Positions 42,691-55,572 are shown, counted from the stretch's first letter. The stretch: DNA of 64,000 bases from Eledone cirrhosa (GCA_964016885.1 OZ024758.1:17670001-17734000); one strand, 5' to 3'. The notes: generated by a model not told the origin, from the sequence alone. Translations and numbers: made by a program.

Positions 42691-42881
42691 GGAACCAGTA
42701 AGACCCCGACAGCTGAGCTCAAGCCGCTTCGACGGCTAATTCTGCCGAGAATTAGCCGTCGAAACGGCTTGAGCTCAGCTGTCGGGGTCTTACTGGTTCC
42801 TATTACCCACTCTACTACCTCAAGTATTGAGTACTTTGGTGCGTTATGGTCCACCTGGTTCCTTACCACATTTCCTTCGTT
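42688..42881 (+). mobile_element. Hairpin-plus-tail element, family d, copy 2
   Basis: Inverted arms 42688-42803 (centre gccg), same tail, (TA)n flanks. Confidence 0.8.
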
Positions 42882-42900
42882 ATATATATATATATATATA

Positions 42901-43319
42901 TGTGTAGGAGGTGAGTTTTATTGTAGTACAATAAAGCAATGCAGATATCGGATAAGTAGCACTCTACAGTTTGTAGGACTGGAGTATGCATAATATAAGA
43001 TCAAAAGATGGTTAAAGGAGTTCCATGTATTTTATTATGCGCATTTCAAAAACAAACATCATCATGCAATAATATTTGTGTTTTCATCAGATAAAACAGG
43101 AGAACATGATATGAAGGCTAAAAAACACTTGTGGATAGTGCAGTTTTAAATCTACATATATGTAGATTTAAAACTGCACTATCCACAAGTGTTTTTTAGC
43201 CTTCATATCATGTTCTCCTGTTTTATCTGATGAAAACACAAATATTATTGCATGATGATGTTTGTTTTTGAAATGCGCATAATAAAATACATGGAACTCC
43301 TTTAACCATCTTTTGATCT

Positions 43320-43327
<8 letters not shown>
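42901..43327. mobile_element. Palindromic hammerhead-containing element (Penelope pLTR-like): 169-bp arms 42990-43327 plus unpaired tail 42901-42989
   Basis: Apparently perfect palindrome centred at 43158|43159, with (TA)n on both sides and a hammerhead core in each arm. Confidence 0.75.
43219..43290 (+). ncRNA. Type I hammerhead ribozyme (mirror copy on the minus strand at about 43027-43098)
   Basis: Stem I tgttttat/ataaaata; CTGATGA 43227-43233; long stem II hairpin 43234-43269; GAAA 43270-43273; palindromic stem III ATGCGCAT; predicted cleavage after AUA at 43281. Confidence 0.8.
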
Positions 43328-43383
<56 letters not shown>

Positions 43384-43384
43384 A

Positions 43385-43633
43385 CAGGGTGCGGATGATA
43401 TTTGTTCACAAGATTACTGTCTAGGAAAAAATAACACAGTACTTTTATTTTTTAAGATATATTTAGCAAACTTGGGTCAGTTTGTCTTCATGACTTGTTC
43501 TTTCAATCTCACTCAATAAACCCGCTATTGGCTTTGATTACGGCCTCAAGGCGGCCTCGGAACCGGCTACAGGCCTTCGTCACTGTCCCCCGACTTAGGC
43601 CCCTAAAGGCACTTGTGATCCTGGCCTTAAATC
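43385..43633 (-). mobile_element. Right end of a Tc1/mariner-superfamily transposon: transposase C-terminus plus TIR
   Basis: Minus frame FKARITSAFRGLSRGTVTKACSRFRGRLEAVIKANSGFIE* resembles the typical Tc1/maT C-terminal helix; terminus TA-CAGGGTG at 43385. Confidence 0.75.
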
Positions 43634-43658
43634 CTATATATATATATTTATGTATGTC

Positions 43659-43706
<48 letters not shown>

Positions 43707-43708
43707 TC

Positions 43709-43741
<33 letters not shown>

Positions 43742-43965
43742 GTAGGTCTGTGTGTGTGTGTTTACACATATGTTATACTCACATATAGATGTCTGTTCAT
43801 TCATGTTTATATGTGTGTGTGTGTATGTGTGAATGTATGTGTGTATATATGAGTGTGAATGTGTGTCTGTGTGTGAATGTATCTGTGAATATTTGTGTAT
43901 GTGTATTTCTGTGAATGTGTGTATATGTGTATATGTGTATATGTGTATATGTGTGTGTTTACATG

Positions 43966-44013
<48 letters not shown>

Positions 44014-44342
44014 ACACACACACAAAGATATGTATGTTTATTCAAATATATCTTAAAGTTACTTTTTGTTATATTATTCATAGTGTCACCAGTTATTAAT
44101 TACCAAGAAAGATTAGATTTTCTGATATGTTCGTAAGAACATTTAAATGTCATGATACATTTAGAATATAAGTTATCACAGCCATTTATTATCAGATAAT
44201 TTACCAATATAAATATGTGCCAACAATATCTGGTCAACTAGATAAAAGTGTTAACATCATTCATTGTATTCATTCCTGCTGTGTCTACAAAAATGTGCGT
44301 AAACATTGTAGTATATTTCTTTTGTTTGATGAAAAAGTTTAA

Positions 44343-44612
44343 CCCTTTAGCATTTAAACTGGCTTAAACCTTTAGCATTTACATTACTCTATATATACTA
44401 TTGTATTTTTGTGTTAAAGGCTATCTTACATAATATCTCACATAATATCGAATCTAGGAGATTTTGATATTGTTTATTTTGAGAACAATACCTTATCATC
44501 AGTATAAGTGGCCAGTTACGGTTGGTTTGAACAGAAATAGGTGAGAGGATTCTGGCCAAATATGGCTGGTTTAAATGCTAAAGGGTTAAACCGGCTGTAT
44601 CTGGCCAGAATT
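44343..44612. mobile_element. piggyBac-type MITE nested within the end of another copy
   Basis: TTAA ccctttagcatttaaactggc TTAA acctttagcattta...tgctaaaggg TTAA accggctgtatctggccagaatt. Confidence 0.72.
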
Positions 44613-45145
44613 TCCTGAGTCATGTTGGTGGAGTACTGATGAATTTTTCTCTCATTCTGGATTTCTCACCAGACACAAATCAGACACACAGAGATACAAC
44701 AAACAACCAACTAGTGACAAGTAAATAAACACATAAATAAATAAACACACATACATACACACACACACACGGAGGTAACGCATGCACAAACTAAGCACAC
44801 AACACACAACATACAAAACAAGATGGTATAGGACAGAACAAAGGAGGGACACAAAATAAAAAGCCAGTCACTGAGGAGGTCATAGAATGTGTGACGTAAG
44901 AACTTTGGCAATATATAAACAACCATCCAGTTATTGAACCAATCAACCAACCAACTGGATATTTATAGTAAATTAAGTGAAAACCAACAGGTGCATGTGT
45001 TTTTATTGGCAGCATGACTCTCCCAAAGTATAACAATATCTGTTTCAACACGTGTTTTCAGATAAGAAATCTTGCAAAACAAATTTAAAAACGAAATATA
45101 TATATATATCATATTCTATATTATATTATATTATATTATATATAA

Positions 45146-45525
45146 AGGCGGTGCATTGGCAGTATCGGTAGAGGGTCGGACGTCATGCTTTGACGCAAAG
45201 AGTTGCAGCCCTTTCCATTCTGAGTTCAAATCCCGCCGAGGTTAACTTTGCCTTTCATCCTTACGGGGTCGATAAAATAAAGTACCAGTAATACACTGGG
45301 TAATTGCTGGCCTTGTGCCAAAAGTAGAAACAATTATATTATATATAAAGGGCAGTATCGGCAGAGGGTCGGGCGCCATGCCTTCAAGCATAGAGTTACG
45401 CCTCTTTATAGTCTGAGTTCAAATCCCACCAAGGTTAACTTTATCTTTCATCTTTGCAGGGTTGATAAAATAAAATACCAGTAATGCACTGAGATATTTC
45501 CTGGCCTTGTGCCAAAAGTAGAAAC

Positions 45526-45530
<5 letters not shown>
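45146..45530 (+). mobile_element. Two tandem SINE family 2 copies
   Basis: Family consensus twice. Confidence 0.85.
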
Positions 45531-45563
<33 letters not shown>

Positions 45564-46900
45564 ATATATATACACAGTTCAAGAGTAACCAATCTTAAAG
45601 AGAGATATGGAGATAGGAGAGGAGAGATTGGTGAATTAGTTAGAAGCCAAAGCGTAAAGGCATATATATATATATATATATAAAACCACCGTCTTCTTCA
45701 TCTTGATTTATTCTGCACCTCAATGCCCACCAGTAGATTTTGCTTAGAAATCAAATGTAGACCTTTCAGTCATATGAGAGCAGGTAATAAAACCAGGAAA
45801 AGTTTAAGACATTGAAGAATCTCCAAAATTTTTCCCTGGTGTATGTCAGTTAGATTCATATTTTTTGTTCATCTTTCTCATCAGCAATTTCTACTGCTAA
45901 GATTTCACTTCAATACACAAATTATTGATTTTCGTTGAATAGAAGAGAATTATTCTCTGAAATTGTATCCATGATTTAGTCTTGGATCTTTTAATACCTA
46001 CAGCAAAACAAATGCAAACACCACATTATATTACATCTATTCTAATTAATGTTGGACTTATTCAGTACATTATTTTCAAGTTGTAATCATCAAGTTGTAA
46101 TCATTGTTTTAAGTCCACTTACCATGCTAGGTTGTCCCATTAGAGGCAAGTTGGATCAGGTGACCATGTCTTGCTCATATAGATTTGGTTTTGGCTAGGT
46201 TTCTACTGCTGGATCCCCTTCTTAATGCCAACCACATTTACAGTGTATGCTGGGTGCTTTTTGTCGTGACACGTACATGACTACTTTACAGTGTGGGCTG
46301 GGTGCTTTTTGTCGTGACTCATACATGATCACTTTAGACTGTTGGCTGGGTGCTTTTTTGTCGTGACTCCTACATGACCACTTTACAGTATAGGTTGGGT
46401 GTTTTTTGATGTGTCACCAACATGACCTAAAGTTATGTCGTGAAATAGAGAGAGACAATAATTTGTACACAGTTTTTTCCTTGTTTGTTATTTAATTGAC
46501 TGCTTTTACTTTTCTGAATTTCCTCACATTTAAGTTTTTCCTATTGCACATTTTCACTGCATGATAATCCTCTCACTTGCCCTCATGTTGTCTAATTTCT
46601 CCAAACAATTCGATCTTTCAGAAATATAAAGAGAGTTGAGAGGGTTGGGAGGAAAGTGAAGGGAGATAGTGTGGGAAATTAGCAGTTAGGAAAAAATAAA
46701 TCACAAAAATAAATTCAGACATATATCTCAACTTCAGTTATAAGAATTATCACCCCACAAATAAACAAACACACACATATATATACTCACAAACACAGAG
46801 ACACACATATCTTTACTCATTTATGTGATCAAATATACAAATTATTACTTCCACAGTTCTTCAAAACTGACAATTTTCTACAAATGGTACAAAACTTTAA

Positions 46901-47110
46901 CCCACTTACCTTTAAACTGGCTGTATCCGGCCAGAATTCTCTCACTTTTTTCTGTTCAAACCAGCTGCTCTTATTGATGTTAAGCTATTGTTCTAAAAAA
47001 AAATATATCAAAATCTCATAGATTCAATATTATGTGAGATAATTATGTGAAGTAAATCTTTTACCATGAAAATATGATAGTAAATATAGAGTAATGTAAA
47101 TGATAAAGAG
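46901..47110. mobile_element. piggyBac-type MITE, diverged (partial copy also at 28061-28180)
   Basis: TTAA on both sides; same body. Confidence 0.68.
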
Positions 47111-48726
47111 TTAAATATTTATTCTTTTATTGCTACTTCATTTGTTTTCCCAACAGTAAATTAGTTCCCCAAGAAGCAAGGAAAAATATTTAAGAACATT
47201 TTGTGTCTAAAGATTCTTCAGTGGTCAAGATTCCTATGTGAAAGGAAGTTATTAGTTCCAATTACAATCAATAGTTAAATCAACATCTAAAGCAAAGCAT
47301 ACGTCTATGTCTACATTAGAACATTATCAATGCAACAAAGTAATCTATCTTTATCTGCTTCTAATGACATTCAATTAACTGCTCTGTTTATATAAAGCTG
47401 ATAGTTACAAACATATTCCATTTTCCCTTGTCTTGTCTTGAGAACATTTTATGTAAGATACGCCTGTTTAGTCTACAAAATCAGATGCTTTTGAATTTAA
47501 TTTGATTTAAAGGATCAAAAACTGGAAATGAAATAATTGAAAAACTAAGAAATAATGAAATTTTAGAAGTAATTCAGACATAAGTCTTAGATTCGGATGA
47601 ATAAAAATGCTAATATGGAGATGGATGGGGCTTTTATGTGATTTGCTCAAACTGGTCTATGTAGCATCTTCTTTTCTCTGGAATGTTCAATAAAAAATGT
47701 AATGTTTTCTAATTCATACACAAGGCCAGCAATGTTTTGGGCAAAGCTAAATATACTTGGTTTCTTTATTGACCCCAGAATGTTAAAAAGTTAACCTCAA
47801 TAGGATTTGAACTCAGACTGTAAAGAGATGGAACAAATGCTGCAAAACGTAGACCATCTGTTATGGGGGAGATGCCAGATCTTGCTTACATTTTTGCATT
47901 TTACTGAGTTCACTGAATGTGTTGTATTGTAGCACCAGCTCAAAAGAGGTCATCATGTCTTTGATCTAACTGACAATTTTGTTGACCCTTTATTTGGCAA
48001 AATTTCTCTGGCTGGGTGACTTTCCTAACATTCTGTTTATCTACAGAAAATTGTTGTAGAACACAGAGTATATAACCTATTGCAGATATAGAAATAATGA
48101 TTTGTTGCAAAATATCCTTTGCAATTTTGTTATTTTACCATTTTACCATATTGATTCTTTTGCTTCTGCTCAAGGCGAAATCTGTAAGGAGAGTGGTATA
48201 TTAGAATCATTCAACCACAGGATTGTAAAAGTTTATTGCTTCTACCTTGGAGGGATTCAAAGAAAACAAAAAACCGAAAATATCACAGAAAAATTTCAAA
48301 AGAAATGTAGTTATATATATATATTGTTTGGAACCCTATTGTAGCAAAACATAGCATTCATTCTTTATTTGATATTTTATATTCTAGATTAATTACACTG
48401 GATCCAATAAGTAGAAAATTTCAAGTATTCAGGTAGTTGTATTCTGATAGTAAAGGAAATAATAGCATGGGCATTCTTGATGCAATGAACTTTCTTAACC
48501 ATAAAAATATGCTGAAAATTATATTGCAAATATTCTCTATTCTCTTCTTTGAAAACAAAATCTATTCAATTATCTTGTCTAAAAATCTTCCATGTTTAAC
48601 TAAGAATCTTATCTCCTTAGTTCATTTGTATGCCTCAAAGCACAGCTTGTTGCATTTCTGTATGGAAGAGCTAGCTAAAATATCTATCTTGTCTTTCTTC
48701 CTATCATCCTTGGGGCTACTACTTCT

Positions 48727-48794
<68 letters not shown>

Positions 48795-49824
48795 CACTAC
48801 TCCTACTAAATAATAATACTGCTAATACTAAACAATAATAATAATAATTGAGATGTATCTGGTGGTGCAGTAATAAACTGCCAGAAAACTGCTAAACACA
48901 TGATGGCCATGATGATGATGAGGACGACGATAATAATAACAATAATAACAATGACAATAATAATAATATTAATAATATTAATGATTACAAAAAAAACATT
49001 TAAATAGAATGCAAAAAAAAATAAAATAAAATAAAATAAAATAAAACTGGGATGATTCTAGAATTCAAGAAGCAGGTAAGATAAAGAGAAAAAAAATCTA
49101 GAAAATAAAACGAAAACTTTACTTTTTAGTATTTATTTTCTTTTTATACGCAACATTTCTTTTGATTTAGAAGATATAGTTGTAGATAATCAAGTTAAAA
49201 TATAGAATGAACCAACGAGAAAAGTTGAATAAAAGGAATTAAAATTTCTTCGAATGCCATAATTAGTAATATTGTCATGCCATTTTCCAAAGACATTCTG
49301 TCTGTTATGAGCCTTTATATTCAGTAAAGAATTTTGTCTACAATAGTCTACGATACTGAATAAGTTATAAAAATCTTATTTCATGTATTCAAATTTATGT
49401 TCAAAAATAAAATTCTTACTATATGATTTTTGTTATGATACAATTTTTATTTTTTTTTATTTTTGGTAAGGTGGGGTAGTGGTTATTTTTAAATATTTAT
49501 TTTCATTTTTCAAAATTATAAATTTAAAGTAAAATAAAAATATTGAAAAATATATTTTAAAAAATGTATATGAATGCAGACTATTTACAAAATAGAATTG
49601 TTGAAAGCAAGCCAAGGAGGTATACAAGATATTTGTAAACAGAATATAGATCTGAATGTTGACCTTGAATTCATTTTTGTTCACAACAATGAAGTGTTAT
49701 GATGTAATGTGATCACCATCATTAATATGATATTAATCAACATTTGAATGTATGGTCTGTATAGAAAGAGCTTCAGATTCAGAGGATGATGAACTGTATC
49801 TTGGGAATAATATGAAGATGAACT

Positions 49825-50161
49825 ATCATCATCATCATCATACGTCCGCTTTTCCCTGCTTGCAAGGGTGGGACGGGAACTGATTTTGGCTTAATTTCTA
49901 CAGCTGGATGCCCTTCCTAACACCAACCTCATTTACAGTGAGTGCTGGGTGCTTTTTTTTCCGTGGCACCTACACGTCCACTTTACAGTGGAATGACAGG
50001 GACCCCAGTCCCTATCATCTCATTTCTACAGCTGAGTAAACTGGAGCAATGTGAAATAAAGTGTCTTGCTCAGGGAAACAACACATCACCCGGTCTGAGA
50101 ATTGAACTCACAATCTTTCGATTGCAAGGCCAATGCTCTAACCACTAAGGCATGTGCCTCC
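49825..50161 (-). mobile_element. SINE family 1 copy
   Basis: Near-identical to 7502-7835. gatgaactat / catgaactat flanks suggest a TSD. Confidence 0.88.
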
Positions 50162-50237
50162 ATGAACTATATGGAAATATATTGTTGTACCCCTGTCAAA
50201 ATATCTAGAGTGTGATTTGCATTGAAGAAGTTCTAAG

Positions 50238-50400
50238 CAGGGCCTATGAAAGTGAGGTCAAGCGGGTACATTGTTCTGAGGCCCAAGACCTAAAAAGGCC
50301 CAAAGCAACAATGCAATGTCCATTTTAAGAAAAATCTTTGCCTGCTTTGAGCTCCAAAGGGGTCTTGTATCACCTTGCAAAATTTCTATTGGAGGCTCTG
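50238..50400. mobile_element. hAT-type MITE
   Basis: cagggcc..ggctctg termini; 8-bp TSD gttctaag/gttccaaa. Confidence 0.5.
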
Positions 50401-50529
50401 GTTCCAAAACCTGATTTGTGTGCTACCAAGGAGGAGAGTGTCACTAAAACTGAAGAGAAAGGTGTATTCTGCATGTGTGAGAAGTGTTTCTCATGATATT
50501 CATCAACATTTCAATGTATAGTATAAAGA

Positions 50530-51160
50530 GCTACAGATTGAGAGGATGATGAACTCTATCTTGGGAATGGTGGGAAGATAGATATGAAAATATTTTGTTG
50601 CTTTGGACACATGTTGAATGGAGAAGGGAATTTAACTCTGTCACAGTATCTAGAGTGGGAATTGCATGGAAGAATGTACAAGAACTGATTTGTATGCTAA
50701 CAACGTGGTGTGAGTAAGTTATGCCTGGAAGGAAGGTTGGCTGGTAGGAGAAACAGATGCTGGTAGCCAAAACGGTGGCTTGATAATGTCAAACTATGGA
50801 CTGGAGTTGATCTTTGCTCTTTAAACTCTGCTGATGGTGATCGAATTTTGTGGAGAAAAATATCTCTTGTTGATGCGCAGTCTGCATCTGGTGGAGTTTA
50901 GTGTCACTAGAAGGTGGTGGAGAGAGTAACTTAAACTGAAGAGAAAGGTGTATGCTACATGTTTGAGAAGTGTTATGATTCATAAGAGCAAGACATGAGT
51001 GATGGACATGGAGCAGTAGAGATAGCTGAAAAGAAAAAGAAATGAAAATGATTCATTGGATGAAGGGAATATTGCTTAGAGATAGTAGGTAAAAAATAGG
51101 GAATTTGAAGTGGATGATGAGTATAGTATCAGTGATGAATGTTGTGAAGAGAAATGACAG
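50530..51160 (+). mobile_element. Old, frameshifted RTE-like LINE fragment of a different subfamily (partly duplicated at about 49740-50500)
   Basis: Pieces translate as ..KIFCCFGHMLNGEG..SRVGIAWKNVQEL and KVYATCLRSVMIHKSKT. These parallel [25 protein letters not shown] and [18 protein letters not shown] of the intact ORF. Confidence 0.6.
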
Positions 51161-51444
51161 CTCCCCTAGCATTTGGTGACCTGCATGATAAATGCACCCA
51201 GTACATGTGATGTGGTTAGTGATAGGAAGGGCATCCAGCTGTAGAAAGCTTGGTTTGGGAGGACAGTTATGTCAAAGACATGACAGCCTCTCCTGTGCAC
51301 TTGGTAGAATTGTGACCATACATAAACGATATAAGAGATCCCTGGCTTGTCTAGCAGATCAGTAGCCCTGCTTCAGTACTGACTTAGTCTATATAGACCT
51401 GTCCAACCCTTGCTAGCTGGGAAAGTGAACATTAAAACGAAGAT

Positions 51445-51638
51445 AATAATTGTTTCTACCTTTGGCACAAGGCCAGCAATTACCCAGTGCATTACTGGTA
51501 CTTTATTTTATCGACCGCGTAAGGATGAAAGGCAAAATTAAGCTCGGCGGGATTTGAACTCAGAATGGAAAGAGCCGTAACTCTATGCATCAAAGCATGA
51601 AGTCCGACCCTCTACCGATACTGCCAATCCACTGCCCT
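51445..51638 (-). mobile_element. SINE family 2 copy with TSD (other copies at about 1640-1783, 5750-6370, 18405-18555, 47705-47850, 56830-56975)
   Basis: Flanked by the direct repeat aaaacgaagataat. Confidence 0.85.
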
Positions 51639-53146
51639 AAAAACGAAGATAATGATGATAACAGATATATATTCTTTACAATGCACTGATCCAATATTTT
51701 TGACAATAGAATCTTGTTCAAGTTTCTACCAGAAGTGAAATTGCTTCAATTATAAAACAAACTGGAATATCAAACCATTGAAAAAACCCTACAGTAATTT
51801 CTTTGTAATCACTGTTATCATTAGGGGAAAACACAAGGACTTTATGTTACACAGCTGGAGAGCTCAACAAAACATCATTAGTGATATACATCAGGAATGG
51901 TGGAAGCAATAGTGAATGAGGGGGGGGGGGCAAATTTGGTCAATTTAATTGTAGCTCTTTGCACTTTAAAATGCTCAACAAACATTGATATGCGATAAAT
52001 ATAACATGTACATAAATTGTTGCACATATACAAATAGATGTGTGTTTTGTTAGTTTGGGGAGAAAAATATAATTGTTGGAGGTGGGGTGTGTATGACCCC
52101 CCTCGCTCTGTCCCCACCCCAGTTCTGCTGCTCCTGCACATGTGTCAGCCATCCAGTAGAAATGTTCATCAATTAGCTAATGACAGACACATGATGCCAA
52201 CCATCTGACCTTCAAATGTTACACAATATTGAGAACGATAGCAAATAAATGTGAACAAGATTAACCCGATGATGATGATAAAGCAAAACTATGTCATGGA
52301 CTTATCGTAGCATATTTTCTGCTCTAAAGCATGCTAATGCAGATCAAACTATAGAATTAAAGCTCCTAAAATACTTTCAATATCTGAAGACTTTTGAAAA
52401 AAGTGTAAGGAATATATTTAACCAGATTTATGCAGTGAACCTGGAACTAATAAGATTACCATCTATCTCAAACAGGTTTCCTTCAGAACCTGAATGTAGC
52501 TATCGAATCATATAATTTATTCTATCTTTCTTTCGTCTCAAATTACATACATATATAGCTTATTTATTAGCTACAAGGCTAATTTTGTATTATTTATTAA
52601 TACATTAACCCCAAAACTATGAAATGGGAAGATAACTTTTATAAAATACAAACACAGACTCGAATAACTGAAAGCAACCATTTTGTTCATTACCATCAGT
52701 GAAGCCCAATAAAGGTTTGTAAACTTGCATCATTCCTTTCAAAAGAGCTCTACAAATTTTATGTATATATATATATATATACACATTGTAGGTTTGGATG
52801 GAGAATAATTGAATTGTTAGAAACAGGGCTTGTATTTTCTTACCTTAATTCATTCATATGTCCTGGTATTTCGAGATTAATACCCCTTCTTCCGAGGAAA
52901 ATAAAAGAACTATTCCAGTGTCCAATATGGCTTGCTATACCATGCTGGAAGAGGTTTTCACCCACACACACATATATATTGCTGTGGTATATGTCTGGGG
53001 TCGTTTTTTTGTCACACTTTCTAACTGGATGATAATGTATTAAGATATCACTCTATTGAGTGCTCTGTGATTGCCTCAAACAACTCGATTAATACCCGTC
53101 TATATGGCAGCCACAACTTCGATTCAAACCTAATATAATATATATA

Positions 53147-53486
53147 TCATCATCATCATCATCATCATCATTTTACGTCTGCTTTTCCCTGCTTGGAAGG
53201 GTGGGACGGATTCTGGCTTGATTTCTACAGCTGGATGCCCTTCCTAACACCAACCTCATTTACAGTGAGTGCTGGGTGTTTTTTGCCATGGCACCTCCAC
53301 GACCACTTTGCAGTGGAATGATAGGGACACCAGTCCCTATCATCTCATTTCTACAGCTGAGTAAACTGGAGCAATGTGAAATAAAGTGTCTTGCTCAAGG
53401 AAACAACACATCACCTGGTCTGAGAATTGAACTCACAACCTTTCGAATGCAAGGCCAATGCTCTAACCACTAAGACATGTGCCTCT
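53147..53486 (-). mobile_element. SINE family 1 copy (left member of head-to-head pair)
   Basis: Family consensus with (CAT)n at the left end. Confidence 0.88.
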
Positions 53487-53497
53487 ATATATATATA

Positions 53498-53832
53498 CAT
53501 GGCTTAGTCGTTAGAGCATTGGCCTTGCAATCGAAAGGTTGTGAGTTCAATTCTCAGACCGAGTGATGTGTTGTTTCCTTGAGCAAGTCACTATATTTCA
53601 CATTGCTCCAGTTTACTCAGCTGTAGAAATGAGATGATAGGGGCTGGGGTCCCTATCATTCCACTGCAAAGTGGTCGTGGAGGCACCACGGCAAAAAAGC
53701 ACCCAGCACTCACTGTAAATGAGGTTGGTGTTAGGAAGGGCATCCAGCTGTAGAAATCAAGCCAGAATCAGTTCCCGTCCCACCCTTGCAAGCAGGGAAA
53801 AGTAGACGTAAATAGATGATGATGATGATGAT
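53498..53832 (+). mobile_element. SINE family 1 copy (right member of head-to-head pair)
   Basis: Reverse complement of the family consensus, ending in (GAT)n. Confidence 0.88.
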
Positions 53833-53932
53833 AGTGAGAGAGAGAATGAATTGTACATGTGTCTGTATGAGTATATCTCTGTTTCTGTAAAAAAAAAAAA
53901 TATATATATATATATAAATCATTTATGTATGG

Positions 53933-54006
<74 letters not shown>

Positions 54007-54012
<6 letters not shown>

Positions 54013-54454
54013 GATATTAAACAAATGGAAACTATATTTATAAAACCATATTTATTTCATTAGACATATTTCGGGGATACCATATTAAAAATATGGCATG
54101 CCTTCTTCAGATAAAATACAATATATAAACAGTTTTATAAATAATTTTGACGTACCATAAATATTGAGCAACCGTTATGTAGGAAGCCGGCTTCCTACAT
54201 AACGGTTGCTTAATATTTATGGTACGTCAAAATTATTTATAAAACTGTTTATATATTGTATTTTATCTGAAGAAGGCATGCCATATTTTTAATATGGTAT
54301 CCCCGAAATATGTCTAATGAAATAAATATGGTTTTATAAATATAGTTTCCATTTGTTTAATATCGTATATCTACTCCAAAACTTGTCGAGTGCTTTATAT
54401 CAGTTATAAAATATTTACTTGTTGTAACCCAACAATTTTAAATAAAACTTTTGC
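54007..54454. mobile_element. Palindromic hammerhead-containing element: 182-bp arms 54007-54370 plus tail 54371-54454
   Basis: Centre aggaagcc|ggcttcct at 54188|54189; one mismatch seen between arms; (TA)n on both sides. Confidence 0.75.
54259..54324 (+). ncRNA. Type I hammerhead ribozyme-like motif
   Basis: Stem I tattttat/atgaaata; CTGAAGA 54267-54273; stem II atgccatatt-ttt-aatatggtat; GAAA 54305-54308; N6 tatgtc; UA 54315-54316. Stem III pairing is weak. Confidence 0.7.
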
Positions 54455-54477
54455 ATATATATATATATATATATATA

Positions 54478-54542
<65 letters not shown>

Positions 54543-54577
54543 TTGTATATGTGTCTGTATGTGTATATAAGTGTTTC

Positions 54578-54622
<45 letters not shown>

Positions 54623-55461
54623 GAGAGAGATAATTGTGTGTTTGCGTGTATCTGGGTTAGTGTGAGAGTGTAATTAGTAAATATATATATATATATATTG
54701 AGAGAGAGAGAATTGTCGATGTCTATTTATATATATGTATCTAGGTTATGTTTATGTGTGTGTGTGTATGTAATTGTACATTGAGAATAAATTTGTAAGC
54801 TTTTAGGTGGTTGACATTTTCAGAAAAGACAATACTAATAAACATTACTTTGATGATGACGATAAGAATAAAAACAACAGCAAATTTTTACAAAGCAAAA
54901 TACTGCTAAGATACTTCTCAATATTTCTATCTAGTCAGGAAATTTATATTCTTTGGGAAATTGAATGGATTAAGTTTGTAACATTGTTTCACTGTTTTCT
55001 ACTTCACACTAGTAGCAACAGTACCATCAGTAGCAGTAGTAATATTAGTGGTAGTAGTAGTAATAGTAGTAGTAGTAGGGTTAGTGGTGGTTGTAGTTGT
55101 GGTATTAGTAGTAGTAGGTGAAGAAGAAGACACTAATTTCACATTGTTGTCATCTTATCTATTGAATTAGTCCTGATATTCTAAAATGTTGTCCTCTTAA
55201 GCTTCAAGCTGTCAATGACTCTTAATACTAACATAAATACAAGCATAAATATATCTGTATATGTGAGTGTGTGCCTGCATGTGTGTGTATGTATCATCAT
55301 CATCATCATCATCAACGTTTAACGTCCGTGTTCCACGCTTGCATGGGTTTGGACGGGGGTAGTCCCACTTGAGGCAAGAGTGATTGTCTTGCTCGCATAG
55401 GACTGTCTGGCAGGTTTTCTACAGTTGGATGCCCTTCCTAACACCAACCACATTTACAGTG

Positions 55462-55493
<32 letters not shown>

Positions 55494-55535
55494 TATGCAT
55501 ATATATATATTTGTATACACACATATGCATATATA

Positions 55536-55572
<37 letters not shown>

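Noticed and set aside
45025-45075. CTGAAAA..GAAA motif on the minus strand resembling a hammerhead
   Set aside because: Core G8 is missing, stems do not form, and the homologous repeat at about 29510-29775 lacks the motif.
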